Positions 12,501 to 21,111 are shown, counted from the stretch's first letter. The stretch is DNA of 51,372 nucleotides from a virus (IMGVR_UViG_3300032224_001707:1-51372), one strand, 5' to 3'. The notes: generated by a model from the letters alone, not told the origin. Translations and numbers: made by a program.

Positions 12501-13981
12501 ATAGTACAAGATTTTTAGGTTCTAGATTATCTAATATTGCTGGTTTTGATTTTAATAATCTAACCGGAAGTGATATTATATCAACGGGCGCTTCATCTTG
12601 GACAGGAACAACAAACAATCCAACAAGTTCTTATTCATACGGAACTATAGTCAATTTTGCTACTCCTGCATATTCTACAGGTTTAGTTCAGACATATTGG
12701 CCAGATAATGATAATACTGGCTTTTATTTCCGTCAAAGATGGGGTCCAAATGCTTGGACAGGCAGAGTATGGCAACAAGTTTTAACAAACGGAAATTATA
12801 ATAATTATGCCCCATCATTAACAGGCGCAAATGCAAGTGGAACTTGGAGCATAAGCATTTCAGGAAATGCTGCTACGGTAACAACAAATGCAAATTTGAC
12901 GGGTGATGTAACTTCAACAGGTAATGCAACTACAATTGCATCTAATGCGGTAACAAGTGTAAAAATTGCAGATTCAAATGTTACATTAGCCAAGATTGTA
13001 AATATTAGTACAGGTACAATTTTAGGAAATAACGGAACTGGTTCTGCTGCTCCATTGGCTTTAACTACGGCTCAAGTAGCTGCAATGTTAAGTGGACAAC
13101 CAATGAACATTGCAGGCACCGCATCATTTGCTACTGCAAGAAATATTAACGGTACATCATTTAATCATTCTGCTGATATTACAACTGCAACTTGGGGAAC
13201 TGCAAGAACACTTACAATTGGTTCTACAGGAAAATCCGTTGACGGAAGTGCTGCTGTTGCCTGGTCTTTGGCAGAAATTGGTGCAGCCGCAACAAATCAA
13301 ACGATGTTTATTGGAACAACTTCGGTTGCAATTAATAGAGCATCTGCAAATTTGGCATTGACAGGCATAACAAGCATTGATGGTACTGCTGCAACAGCTT
13401 CATACGCAAATGCATTAAACGCTGCAAATAGTTATACAGTTGCTGGAATAACAGGTACTTTGACAGGAAATGTTACTGGTACTGCTACTACTGCTTCATA
13501 TGCAAATGCATTAAATGCTGCTAACAGTTATACAGGTGTAAATTTTATTGCTACTGGATATCTTCAATCAGGTAATGGTCAAATAAGAAGTGACACTGCA
13601 ATGGCACTTTTGACCATTGGCGGACAAGCACAATTGGTTAGTGCTAAAGGAATATTGTTGGGAACATCGTATGACACAAATCCTAATGCAAATGAAATAA
13701 GAACAACAAATAATACATCATTGTATCTAAACGCAAGAGGAACAGGAGATATACAATTCCAAACTGCGGACAGTTTGAAAATGATGTTGTTAAATAACGG
13801 AAATGTTGGTATTGGAACAAGTAATCCTGGCCGTAAATTGGATGTGGAAGGTATAGTAAGAACCAGAGGTGCAAGTGGAACTGGTGGATTTGAAATTAGT
13901 GCTGCTACAACAGGTACTGCAAAATGGAGAATTGAATGGGATAGTGCAAGTGATAGTTTGGATTTTAACTGGGTTGGTTAA
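6530..13981 (+). CDS. Giant modular tail fibre protein (2483 aa)
   Basis: About 20 xGIGTT-delimited modules, a knob-like segment (DFNNL...QTYW...FYFRQRW), fibre repeats (ARNINGTSF, TARTLTIG...VDGSAAVAWSLAEIGA). Confidence 0.85.
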   Translation: MADVIITPSAGKIEFIDNSGQSSILYSFSLDSTNGIKLNAPFSTSAIIAPSITASVISASALIVPAITASVISASALIVPSITASNAIITGNLTVTGSIFASTFSASNIYITSSTLTVTDNIITMNALSPYQRYAGIQMYDSGSGTLSNLLWDGDGDYFFLSGSNVNGKIITGPDGQTNLSSNYIPKATAGYKLGNSLIYDNGTSLGINTTTPTAKLEIAGGTLASQSGSSISIGTFSANNGNSGYLSILETRFATGSDWQTTRTRIQKTTDVTNQAYIDFNPSGALYGFAIGTGAGGNERLRIDSSGNVGIGTTSPTNRLHVSGSHVTNNGMIRFESSDYSIISLKSPSTGDGAAGYWGFRAQDTSNNDLMFYGYRYLPTFSGFWIDPDFGGNITKGFFVRRSDGSVGIGTSSPNSKLHVNSSGSLVSGSVVFRVEGTQGSLFSVDDTLTGSLMSVNDITGLPILEVFSDDRVVMGTFNSNTLVVTGSRVGIGTTSPNTKFEVSGSAASIIQAIFQTQDGSGNIAYNGGIQLGNAATSQNSQIYHSSAGDNTLTFVSNYSGGTANKFVFSPGGTEKVRFQQNGKVGIGTTVPTSSLHIKPQALGADLLILERYASQAKLVYAYEYAADGYLEVRNGSDTIVSKISGYAPTATYFQSSVGIGTTSPNAKLDVNGNAIVTGSLTTTSTIVARNYIMATDTLYIQKGVGGYQSYITAEQTAAGTGNSFKFWNSGTGTLMTIAYDSSVGIGTSSPGALLDLWSSAARIKFRRTSSYDMSFGIHDSATSALSIKNSADASTLFYVQYDGNIGIGTTSPQYPLDISGSNIRSFSTAGAAEPGFIVDYPSSNGYGGFFVHVNGTRRWRIGSVGDTNVQPALNFWQEGTGSRMIIANNGNVGVGTTSTSQKLEVNGNIALQNSNTIFARDTNGALRTVLYGRFTDNATYLDGGTGGLYIRTNDANTTAMYINASGNVGIGTTSFVYGAANRGLLEVYGSSDALIALRNATANFYIQKSGNNFAMVNGGAGYMTFNNNGSDRLYIDSNGYIGIGTTSFVYGAANRGLLEIYGSTDALISLKNSSTNSYIQKSGNDFYLNNGGAGFISIATNSSERMRITSTGLVGIGTTVVSASLHVNSTTSGATLLRTDGTNGTLFSVVDDLSDSLMSVNNSAGLPVLEVFADDRIVMGQYGQNDLIVRNNKVGIGTVNANAKLEVVGSLIAGGVDNGSVIFYRNTNPATIGTTDTVLLVTDRSNSDWGIMIDKAGYDYGLRIQTSNGAINAFAVYDGSTYNARIYGTGGGYFLGNIGIGVSTALQKLSVTDTLSITNSAGIQNLLMGNQDSTGVNNPAIIQAANGALSFGGGTSWSGSGGTFTSTMFLSDAGNVGIGTTTPLGKLHVYGLLRVGGAVNEQTGIIALGNDTNVVGTYGDNGMFRGGIGTLGSANYTNISSYQGIVFNVGNAGFGSQATRMIIDVNGNVGIGTSSPAYLLDVSGSSRFGYRTIDNHYFTGSVNLNSALTVGGLTYNESIQVDQFDYFQLQPYVEAGAFPSNVLQRSGGTTPTFTTYTGSAAPFGKVLYNTGYYEAIGDYIPVQAGETLYGEIWALRETGATGTAGGFYCGIARYDKDKNPIDGNLGLTYFITNNTGVTVPSNSTWTKYSGTTTLPLTHTPYGASVTSDGGPVRYIRPYVIVNYNTGTIPTFWGGFKIRKVQLTRDSGNVVVNGNLGIGMVGAAGQTLTVATSSRITEGASSTGVLQFGLADTLVGYNASTFNIRTYDGSGYFEALRTNGSSRYTLLAPTTGSVGIGTTVPAYKLEVYSGAKTSAFTGLSISNFNNYDGTAASLVTSQLRFAILENDTGTYNAPARTFAILESGNEANNSSSDGFFAISTRRNAVVAEKFRITSTGNVGIGTTVPTALLELSSSTAASLLNIKGAGGNGILFVSGSGAVGIGTTVPTTPLHVVGVISGSSFSGAGTGLTGTASSLTAGTATNSTQLGGYDSTRFLGSRLSNIAGFDFNNLTGSDIISTGASSWTGTTNNPTSSYSYGTIVNFATPAYSTGLVQTYWPDNDNTGFYFRQRWGPNAWTGRVWQQVLTNGNYNNYAPSLTGANASGTWSISISGNAATVTTNANLTGDVTSTGNATTIASNAVTSVKIADSNVTLAKIVNISTGTILGNNGTGSAAPLALTTAQVAAMLSGQPMNIAGTASFATARNINGTSFNHSADITTATWGTARTLTIGSTGKSVDGSAAVAWSLAEIGAAATNQTMFIGTTSVAINRASANLALTGITSIDGTAATASYANALNAANSYTVAGITGTLTGNVTGTATTASYANALNAANSYTGVNFIATGYLQSGNGQIRSDTAMALLTIGGQAQLVSAKGILLGTSYDTNPNANEIRTTNNTSLYLNARGTGDIQFQTADSLKMMLLNNGNVGIGTSNPGRKLDVEGIVRTRGASGTGGFEISAATTGTAKWRIEWDSASDSLDFNWVG
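6681..6780 (+). repeat. 45-bp tandem repeat (~2.2 copies) encoding ITASVISASALIVP
   Basis: caattactgc recurs at 6681, 6726 and 6771 with near-identical intervening sequence. Confidence 0.9.
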
Positions 13982-13992
13982 TAATTAAAGAT

Positions 13993-14982
13993 ATGAATAT
14001 TATATCAGGTTCTACAAACAATATATTTTATACAAAAGGATATAATTTTGACGACCGTGTTTCTATTGACCCAGAAACAGGTCTAGCAAATTTAATGGTA
14101 AATGGTGATGCAGAATTTGGTTCCACTTATAATATTAATGCAGGCGGTGTAAGTAGAACTGGTTCTTATGAAGGTTCTTACTGTTTTGTTGATATTGGAA
14201 ATGCAGGACATATAGGAAGTGTATTGATTCCAGTAAATACAAGTGAAACTTATTTATTAAGTGCTTATTTTAAATCAGTTGGTTCTTTACAAAGCGTGGG
14301 TTATGCTGGATTAGCTTGTTTCGATGAAGATTTAAATCTTATAGATTTAAGAACACAAGGTGGTTATGGAAATACAACATTAGCTGCTCCTGTTAATAAT
14401 GGTGATACAACAGTTACATTGACAGATGCTTCTGGATTTACATCTACAGGCGATTTAGAATATTTTAAACATATATTATTTTATCCGTCATCTAGTGTTA
14501 AATATTACACGCCTTGGAGTTATACAACATTTGGATTTGGAAATCCTACAATTCGTTTTGGAACTAGAACAGGCAATACGTTATATTTATCAACAGATGG
14601 CGTAAACAACAATATGACTTGGAGTTATGGAAATTTACCTGCGGGTACACCTGTTTCAAATGGAAGAGCAGGCGGAACTTACAATTATTATTTGATCTGC
14701 GGTGGTGCATTTCCTACAACGTGGACTAAATTAAGTGCAATTTTAACAGGAGAAAGTTTAGGTTCTGGATGTGGTAACAATACATTTAGATTTGGAACAA
14801 AATATGTTGCGTGGCTGACACTGCCTAATTATGCGCAAGCAACTACAGCAATATTATATTATGATAATATAGTATTTGCTAATATGACAAATAGAAGTCA
14901 AACATATGCATATAATAAACAAATGAGTAGAGCCAAATTAGGAACAGTATTTGCACAAAACTTTAACGAAATAGGAATATAA
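13993..14982 (+). CDS. Tail-associated CBM/galactose-binding-like protein
   Basis: NLMVNGDAEFG, IPVNTSETYLLSAYFK, YAGLACFDEDLNLI, YYDNI; resembles the internal domain of the 2483-aa fibre (IPVQAGETLYGEIWA...YCGIARYDKDKNPI). Confidence 0.6.
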   Translation: MNIISGSTNNIFYTKGYNFDDRVSIDPETGLANLMVNGDAEFGSTYNINAGGVSRTGSYEGSYCFVDIGNAGHIGSVLIPVNTSETYLLSAYFKSVGSLQSVGYAGLACFDEDLNLIDLRTQGGYGNTTLAAPVNNGDTTVTLTDASGFTSTGDLEYFKHILFYPSSSVKYYTPWSYTTFGFGNPTIRFGTRTGNTLYLSTDGVNNNMTWSYGNLPAGTPVSNGRAGGTYNYYLICGGAFPTTWTKLSAILTGESLGSGCGNNTFRFGTKYVAWLTLPNYAQATTAILYYDNIVFANMTNRSQTYAYNKQMSRAKLGTVFAQNFNEIGI

Positions 14983-16259
14983 TGAGTTTAAAGTTATATT
15001 ACGATCCATATGATGTAACCTGTTTTAGAGGTGAACCAACTACCAATTTATTTACAGGTAACAGATATCCAACATCACAAAATTTTGCTGGGTCATTTCC
15101 TGATACCGCATCTTATGCTGGTATTTGGACTCCAAATGGAGTTCAAACAGCGTCTATTAATAAATATTATAATAACAATTCTGCTAATGCTTGTTGTCCA
15201 TCATTGTTTATTTATCAAACAAGTTTAACTATATCACCAGCTACAACATATTGTTATAGTGCATTTTATAAAGTGTTAAATAATGATTATAACCATCCAA
15301 ATTTCTTATATAGATATGAATTTAATGGTGCGACTTATTTAACAGAAGCTGGAATTTACTCTACGGCTAATAGGATACCATATCCTGGCGGTTGGTATAG
15401 AATATTTGGAACATTTACATCACAAGCAACTGCAAACAATGGAAATTTTCTGTCATTTACATATGAATATAATACAGACAATACCCAATATGTTGTCAAT
15501 CATCAATTAGAAGCAAAAAATCATTTAACAAATTATGCAGGTCCAAGTGGAACGAGAGGTGCAACAGTTGCAACTGGTGGTGGTTTGATTGATTTGACTG
15601 GAAACAATAACAATGGTGATTTGACTTATGGAAGTTATGTTACAACTACTGTATTTCATAACAATACATTTTATTTTGACGGAGCTAGTGCAAATAACTG
15701 TATACGAGTATTAGACGCAGACATTGCAGCTAATTTATTAACTACAGGCAAAAGTTTTTCAATAGTGGTATGGGCAAACAAATTGGCAAATGCAACAAAT
15801 ACATCACAGTTTTTATTTGGTTACAGAGACACTAGTAGTTATGGTATAAATTTATTATTATATGGAACAGGCAATACAAGTACCGATTTTGGATTTACTG
15901 TAGAAAAAAATGGTGGTGCATCATTGAGTAGTAGAGGTGATGCGGTTAATACAAGTGGTTGGCATATGTATACAGGAGTATATAATAATGACGGTATGTA
16001 TAAAAATAGTATTGTCAAATATTATGACGCAACACAAATTGGTAGTAGAGTGTCATCATCACTTGCAAGTGCATGGTCAAAACCCGCAACAAGTCAAGGT
16101 GGTGGAATTGTAATTGGGACTGCATCAAGTACGGTTAATAGTGCAAATGCAATTCATAATTTAAAAGGATATATAGGTGAAGTAAGAATATATGATCATG
16201 CATTAACACCAGACGAAGTATCAACATTATATAAACTAGGAATACAGAAACATATATGA
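14982..16259 (+). CDS. LamG-domain tail-associated protein with inserted CBM-like domain
   Basis: LIDLTGNNNNG, WHMYTGVY, GYIGEVRIYDHALTPDEV. Confidence 0.8.
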   Translation: MSLKLYYDPYDVTCFRGEPTTNLFTGNRYPTSQNFAGSFPDTASYAGIWTPNGVQTASINKYYNNNSANACCPSLFIYQTSLTISPATTYCYSAFYKVLNNDYNHPNFLYRYEFNGATYLTEAGIYSTANRIPYPGGWYRIFGTFTSQATANNGNFLSFTYEYNTDNTQYVVNHQLEAKNHLTNYAGPSGTRGATVATGGGLIDLTGNNNNGDLTYGSYVTTTVFHNNTFYFDGASANNCIRVLDADIAANLLTTGKSFSIVVWANKLANATNTSQFLFGYRDTSSYGINLLLYGTGNTSTDFGFTVEKNGGASLSSRGDAVNTSGWHMYTGVYNNDGMYKNSIVKYYDATQIGSRVSSSLASAWSKPATSQGGGIVIGTASSTVNSANAIHNLKGYIGEVRIYDHALTPDEVSTLYKLGIQKHI

Positions 16260-17515
16260 GTGTTATAAGTTCATTAAGCAAAAGAGGACAGTATTCAACT
16301 GTTTCAACATTAAGTGAAGTTCCTGTTAAAGAGGGATTGATGTTGTATTTGGATTCAAGCGATGAATCTAGTTATGACGGCGGTCCAACAACAAATTATT
16401 TTAAACCAACAGAAGGAACATTTGATAATAATGGTGCGGGAACATTTAGTAGATTAAGAAGTGGTAGTTATGGTGGTTATATAATAAAACCAACCGATGT
16501 TGTTTATAGATATGATTTAGGTGGAATAGGATGTCATTATCACGGAAATTCTATTCCAACTGCGAGTATCGGAATTGGGGTAACTATATTATTTACTTTT
16601 GATTATTTTATCAGCACAGGAACAGTGTTGATAAATGATTATTTAGCAAATATTGAAAAATATAATTCATCAGGAACTTGGACGGATGGAGTTGGTCTTA
16701 CAAACGCAGGGAAAACTATTGGTGTTTGGCAATCTGCTACTCTTTCTACAACTATAAATTCGGTAGACTATTATGTCAATCCGTATTTATATCCCGGTGG
16801 GTGCAGTTCGTCAAGACTTGCTGCGGATGGATTCATCTTATACAGAAATCCACAAATACAAGCTTTAAATTATCAATCCCGATTTGTTTATGGTCCGAAT
16901 AGTCAATTTAATACAAGAGCTAACGGTAATATTTGGAGAGATTTGAGTGGACGAGGCAATGATTTTACAATACAAGGCAATATTAGTTGGAATAATGATA
17001 CTGGATTTAGTAATTTTACTGGAAATAGCACTGGTAATGGCAATAAGATTTTTAGAAGTAATTTCCCACAAAATTTAAAGACAAGTCAACTTGGACAAGG
17101 ATATACAGTTGTAGTGGTTGCTAGAAGTACGGTTTCTGGTGCTTGGAGAAAGTTGATAGGAAATGGTGATGGCGAAAATTATATAGATTTATATCAAAAC
17201 AGTACAGGAAATACATTCCATCAAGATGGATCTGGAGATACTTTATATGTAGATGGTGTTCAAGTTAATAACGATACATTTGTTATGTATAATAGTGGGT
17301 TTCATTGTTATGCAGCAACAAATCTAAATAGTGGTCTATTATCAAATCCTGTATATGCATTGACAATAGGAAATGAACCAAATGGTTCTCCGATAGGTAC
17401 CAATGCATATCCGTGGGTTGGTGATATTGCTGTAGTTTTGATGTATGAAAGGGTTTTAACTGCGTCAGAAATAAAACAAATAAGCAATTTATATAAAGAT
17501 AAATACGGATATTAA
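16256..17515 (+). CDS. LamG-domain tail-associated protein with inserted domain homologous to that of 3212..4426
   Basis: GLMLYLDSSDESSY...WRDLSGRGND...MYERVLTASEI; shares GCHYHGN and LYPG.C motifs with the 3212 ORF. Confidence 0.8.
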   Translation: MSVISSLSKRGQYSTVSTLSEVPVKEGLMLYLDSSDESSYDGGPTTNYFKPTEGTFDNNGAGTFSRLRSGSYGGYIIKPTDVVYRYDLGGIGCHYHGNSIPTASIGIGVTILFTFDYFISTGTVLINDYLANIEKYNSSGTWTDGVGLTNAGKTIGVWQSATLSTTINSVDYYVNPYLYPGGCSSSRLAADGFILYRNPQIQALNYQSRFVYGPNSQFNTRANGNIWRDLSGRGNDFTIQGNISWNNDTGFSNFTGNSTGNGNKIFRSNFPQNLKTSQLGQGYTVVVVARSTVSGAWRKLIGNGDGENYIDLYQNSTGNTFHQDGSGDTLYVDGVQVNNDTFVMYNSGFHCYAATNLNSGLLSNPVYALTIGNEPNGSPIGTNAYPWVGDIAVVLMYERVLTASEIKQISNLYKDKYGY

Positions 17516-17532
17516 TATATATTTATAATCAT

Positions 17533-20500
17533 ATGGCAGACTTAAAGACAACGAATATATACGGTGACGCTTATATTAATAATAAAGTGGGTATTGCTAC
17601 AAACGCACCTGCTACAAGATTACAAATAGGTCAATTAACGCCATCTACTGCCACAGAAGGTATCCAATTTGGCGACGATACAGGAACAAGAATATATAGA
17701 AGTGGAACGGGAACTATTACTATTTCAGGATCAATATCTACCGTTGGAAATATTACATCCAATGGTACGGTAACTTCTACATATGGTAGTTTTACATCCC
17801 CTGGTTTAATTATCGGTGATGCTCAATATGGTATTTATGTTTCGGGTGGGAATGTATATTATAAAAGTGCATCAGGAGGTGTTCATTATTGGAGAAATAT
17901 TGCAAATTCGGCGAATACATTAACACTAGATAATAGTGGAAATTTAACTGCAGCAGGAAATATAGCTGCTGCTAATTTATCTGGGACAAATACAGGCGAT
18001 CAAACTATAGGAAATGGAACAATTACAATTGCTACAGGCAGTGGTATAGGTGTTGGTACAACCAATTCATTTACTACAAATCAAAGTGGAGCGTCAACAG
18101 TAACCATTACAAATACAGGTGTAACAAGTTTAGCCGGAACAACAAATAGAGTAACAGTTAGTGCTGCAACAGGTGGTGTAACTTTAAATTTACCACAAGA
18201 TATTCATACAGGCGCATCACCTACATTTGCGGCTATTACTGGAACAGGAGCATTAACAGTTGGTAACAGTCTAACTAGACCAGCATCTTTAGCCACTTTA
18301 AACAATTATGCTGCAAGAATAGGTGGTACTGATGTTTATCTTAATATTGCTTCGTTAGATGGAACTTATAATTATCCTGTAGCAATTCAATCAGGAAGAA
18401 ACAGTGATAATGTAAACTTTCCATTATTGTTAAATCCCAATGGTGGAAATATTACAGTTGGTCAATATACAGGTTTAGGTTATACTTTTGGTGTCGCTGG
18501 TACTGGATATTTTAGTTCGACGCTTAGTGCAAGTGTATTTAATGGTGCAGGTACAGGTTTAACAGGTACTGCTTCTGGATTAAGTATTGGTGGTAATGCT
18601 GCTACAGCTACAACAACTGATAATATTAATGGTCGTGCATTTTTAAATAGAGATAGTGGAAACGGATTGGGACAAGATTCTTATAATTCCAATGGTGTTG
18701 GATATGTTACCGGTATTTCTCTATATAGTCAGACCGATGGTGGTATGTATGCATCAGCATATAGTACATCTTGGATTCATCAAATTTATGGTGATTTTAG
18801 AACGGGACAAATAGCAATAAGAGGAAAAAATAACGGAACATGGCAATCTTGGAGAAGAGTTTTGGATGAAACTAATGCTGCTTATGCATGGAACATGAAC
18901 CAAAATGTAAGAACAACTGATACATGTTCGTTTGCAGCAGTATCTGCTACAACATTTACAGGAGCATTAACTGGTACATCTACAACTGCATCATATGCTA
19001 ATGCGTTAAATCCTGCTAATTCTTATACGGTTACAACATTAACTGCAACAACTGAAATTGGAACCAGAGGAAGTAATATTGGCGTAAATCTTGAAAGAGG
19101 CGATTCTACTATTGCTACTTTAAGATTTGACGCAGATAATTTTAGAATTTTCAGCGGTGGAACAGGTGCTATAGGTGAAATATTAAGAGTTACCGAAGGT
19201 GGTAGTGTTAGTTTAGGTACGACAAGCGTTTTTACTACAGGTGGAACTGCCGGATTAACTATTTCAACCGCAACTAATGCGGTAGCGTTGTCTATTGGTT
19301 CAAGTAATACAGATTTGATGTATTCTAGAAGATTAAGTGCAGGTGTATATCAATGGCAAACATATAATTCTATAGGAAACGCAGGTCAAATTCATTTAGA
19401 ACCATACGGTGGAAACGTTGGTATAGGCACAACTATTGCATCCGCATCACTGCATGTAAATTCAACTACATCTGGTGCGACACTATTAAGAACCGATGGT
19501 ACTAACGGAACATTATTTAGTGTTGTTGATGATTTATCTGATTCACTGATGAGTGTAAACAATAGTGCGGGTTTACCTGTACTAGAAGTATTTGCCGACG
19601 ACAGAATAGTAGCAGGTCAATATGGACAAAATGATTTTGTTGTTAGAAATAATAAAGTAGGCATTGGTACAAACAATCCAATAGCAGAATTACACGTTAC
19701 AAGTTCAACATCTATCCCATCCGCAATATTTATGGGCGGTAATGTTGGTATAGGTACAACAAGTCCATCTTATAGACTTCAATTAGGTAATACAACAGGT
19801 GTTCAAACTTCAGCTACTGAAGTAATTAGTTTAGGTGGTACATATAGCAATTCTGCGGGATCAAATGTAAAATTAAGAGTATACGACGAATCTAGTGGTG
19901 CAATTGGTGGAATGAGTGTTTCAAGTGGACAAATGGAAGTTAACACTTGGACCGCCGGTAAGATAGCATTTTACAGAGGAACAACTCAAAGTGCAATTAT
20001 TGATGCGAGTGGTAATTTTGGTATAGGCACTACACTTCCTACAACACCACTGCATGTAGTGGGTATAATTAGTGGTAGTAGTTTTAGTGGAGCAGGTACA
20101 GGTTTAACAGGAACTGCTGCAAGTTTAACAGTAGGAGCAGCAACTACTGCTACAAATTCCACACAATTGGGTGGTGTTGCTGCGGCTAGTTATGTAACAT
20201 TGGCAGACACCCAATCATTAACAAACAAAACAATAACCGGTTCATTTTCAGGAAATTTAACTGGTACATCTACAACTGCATCATATGCTAATGCGTTAAA
20301 TCCCGCTAATAGTTATACAGTTGTTGGAATAACAGGTGCTTTGACAGGTACAAGTAGTTGGGCAACAAATGCTACTACTGCTACTACTGCTACTACTGCT
20401 ACTACTGCGAATGCATTAAACACAGGTAACAGTTACCAAGTAACAAATTTGAATGCAACTGGAAACATTACTGCAAGTACTATTCGTTTTTCAGTATTGA

Positions 20501-21105
20501 GTGGTTCAAATGGAGGAATGACAATTAATTGCAGTGATGGAACGGCAGGATTGAATCCTCAAATTAATTTTATTTACGGAAATGGTGGTGGTGGTGATTT
20601 TACTTCTATTTCAGGAAGTGTTCAACATCAATCATTTGGATTTAATAGTCAAGCTGCTTTCGGTGGTACTGCAAACCAACAAAGTGGAAGAACCATATAT
20701 TTTTATGACCGTGTAAGTAGTGCATTTTATGGAGGCATAGCTGGTAATGATAAAGGATTTTATTGGGGCACTTCAGGCACTGCATTTTCATTAAGAATAT
20801 TACCTCCAGCAACATCAACTGTACCAGTTACCATCAAAGCTACAAGTGGACAAACAGCAGATATTTTATCAGTTACTGATTCATCTAATACAAAATTAGT
20901 GAGTGTATCTTCTGGTGGAAATTTAGGTATTGGTAATATTGCCGCTGCTAATAAATTACATATTGACGGTGGTGGAGCAACAGCAATTCGTGTTGATAAT
21001 GGTAATATAGATACAACATCCGCATCAAACAGTAAAACTTTTTATGGTTGGTTGCCGATAAAAATCAATGCAACTGATACTAAATGGATTCAACTTTATA
21101 CTTAA
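17533..21105 (+). CDS. Modular tail fibre protein (1190 aa)
   Basis: VGIGT modules, knob-like segment (WIHQIYGDFRTGQIAIRGKNNGTWQSWRRVLD), modules shared with the 2483-aa fibre. Confidence 0.85.
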   Translation: MADLKTTNIYGDAYINNKVGIATNAPATRLQIGQLTPSTATEGIQFGDDTGTRIYRSGTGTITISGSISTVGNITSNGTVTSTYGSFTSPGLIIGDAQYGIYVSGGNVYYKSASGGVHYWRNIANSANTLTLDNSGNLTAAGNIAAANLSGTNTGDQTIGNGTITIATGSGIGVGTTNSFTTNQSGASTVTITNTGVTSLAGTTNRVTVSAATGGVTLNLPQDIHTGASPTFAAITGTGALTVGNSLTRPASLATLNNYAARIGGTDVYLNIASLDGTYNYPVAIQSGRNSDNVNFPLLLNPNGGNITVGQYTGLGYTFGVAGTGYFSSTLSASVFNGAGTGLTGTASGLSIGGNAATATTTDNINGRAFLNRDSGNGLGQDSYNSNGVGYVTGISLYSQTDGGMYASAYSTSWIHQIYGDFRTGQIAIRGKNNGTWQSWRRVLDETNAAYAWNMNQNVRTTDTCSFAAVSATTFTGALTGTSTTASYANALNPANSYTVTTLTATTEIGTRGSNIGVNLERGDSTIATLRFDADNFRIFSGGTGAIGEILRVTEGGSVSLGTTSVFTTGGTAGLTISTATNAVALSIGSSNTDLMYSRRLSAGVYQWQTYNSIGNAGQIHLEPYGGNVGIGTTIASASLHVNSTTSGATLLRTDGTNGTLFSVVDDLSDSLMSVNNSAGLPVLEVFADDRIVAGQYGQNDFVVRNNKVGIGTNNPIAELHVTSSTSIPSAIFMGGNVGIGTTSPSYRLQLGNTTGVQTSATEVISLGGTYSNSAGSNVKLRVYDESSGAIGGMSVSSGQMEVNTWTAGKIAFYRGTTQSAIIDASGNFGIGTTLPTTPLHVVGIISGSSFSGAGTGLTGTAASLTVGAATTATNSTQLGGVAAASYVTLADTQSLTNKTITGSFSGNLTGTSTTASYANALNPANSYTVVGITGALTGTSSWATNATTATTATTATTANALNTGNSYQVTNLNATGNITASTIRFSVLSGSNGGMTINCSDGTAGLNPQINFIYGNGGGGDFTSISGSVQHQSFGFNSQAAFGGTANQQSGRTIYFYDRVSSAFYGGIAGNDKGFYWGTSGTAFSLRILPPATSTVPVTIKATSGQTADILSVTDSSNTKLVSVSSGGNLGIGNIAAANKLHIDGGGATAIRVDNGNIDTTSASNSKTFYGWLPIKINATDTKWIQLYT
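18967..20310 (+). repeat. 54-bp direct repeat pair (18967-19020 and 20257-20310), one mismatch
   Basis: ttaactggtacatctacaactgcatcatatgctaatgcgttaaatccYgctaat occurs twice. Confidence 0.9.
20371..20406 (+). repeat. (gctactact)x4 in-frame microrepeat (Ala-Thr-Thr)
   Basis: Read directly from the sequence. Confidence 0.95.
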
Positions 21106-21111
21106 AAATTT

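Noticed and set aside
490-13874. Many short minus-strand and off-frame ORFs within the fibre and LamG genes (e.g. 12043..12618)
   Set aside because: Shadows arising from biased GGT/ACA/GCA codon use inside long, credible genes.
113-19759. CRISPR array or DGR interpretation of the recurring repeats
   Set aside because: Repeats are in-frame coding motifs with irregular spacing; no cas or reverse transcriptase gene, and no adenine-specific TR/VR pair was seen.
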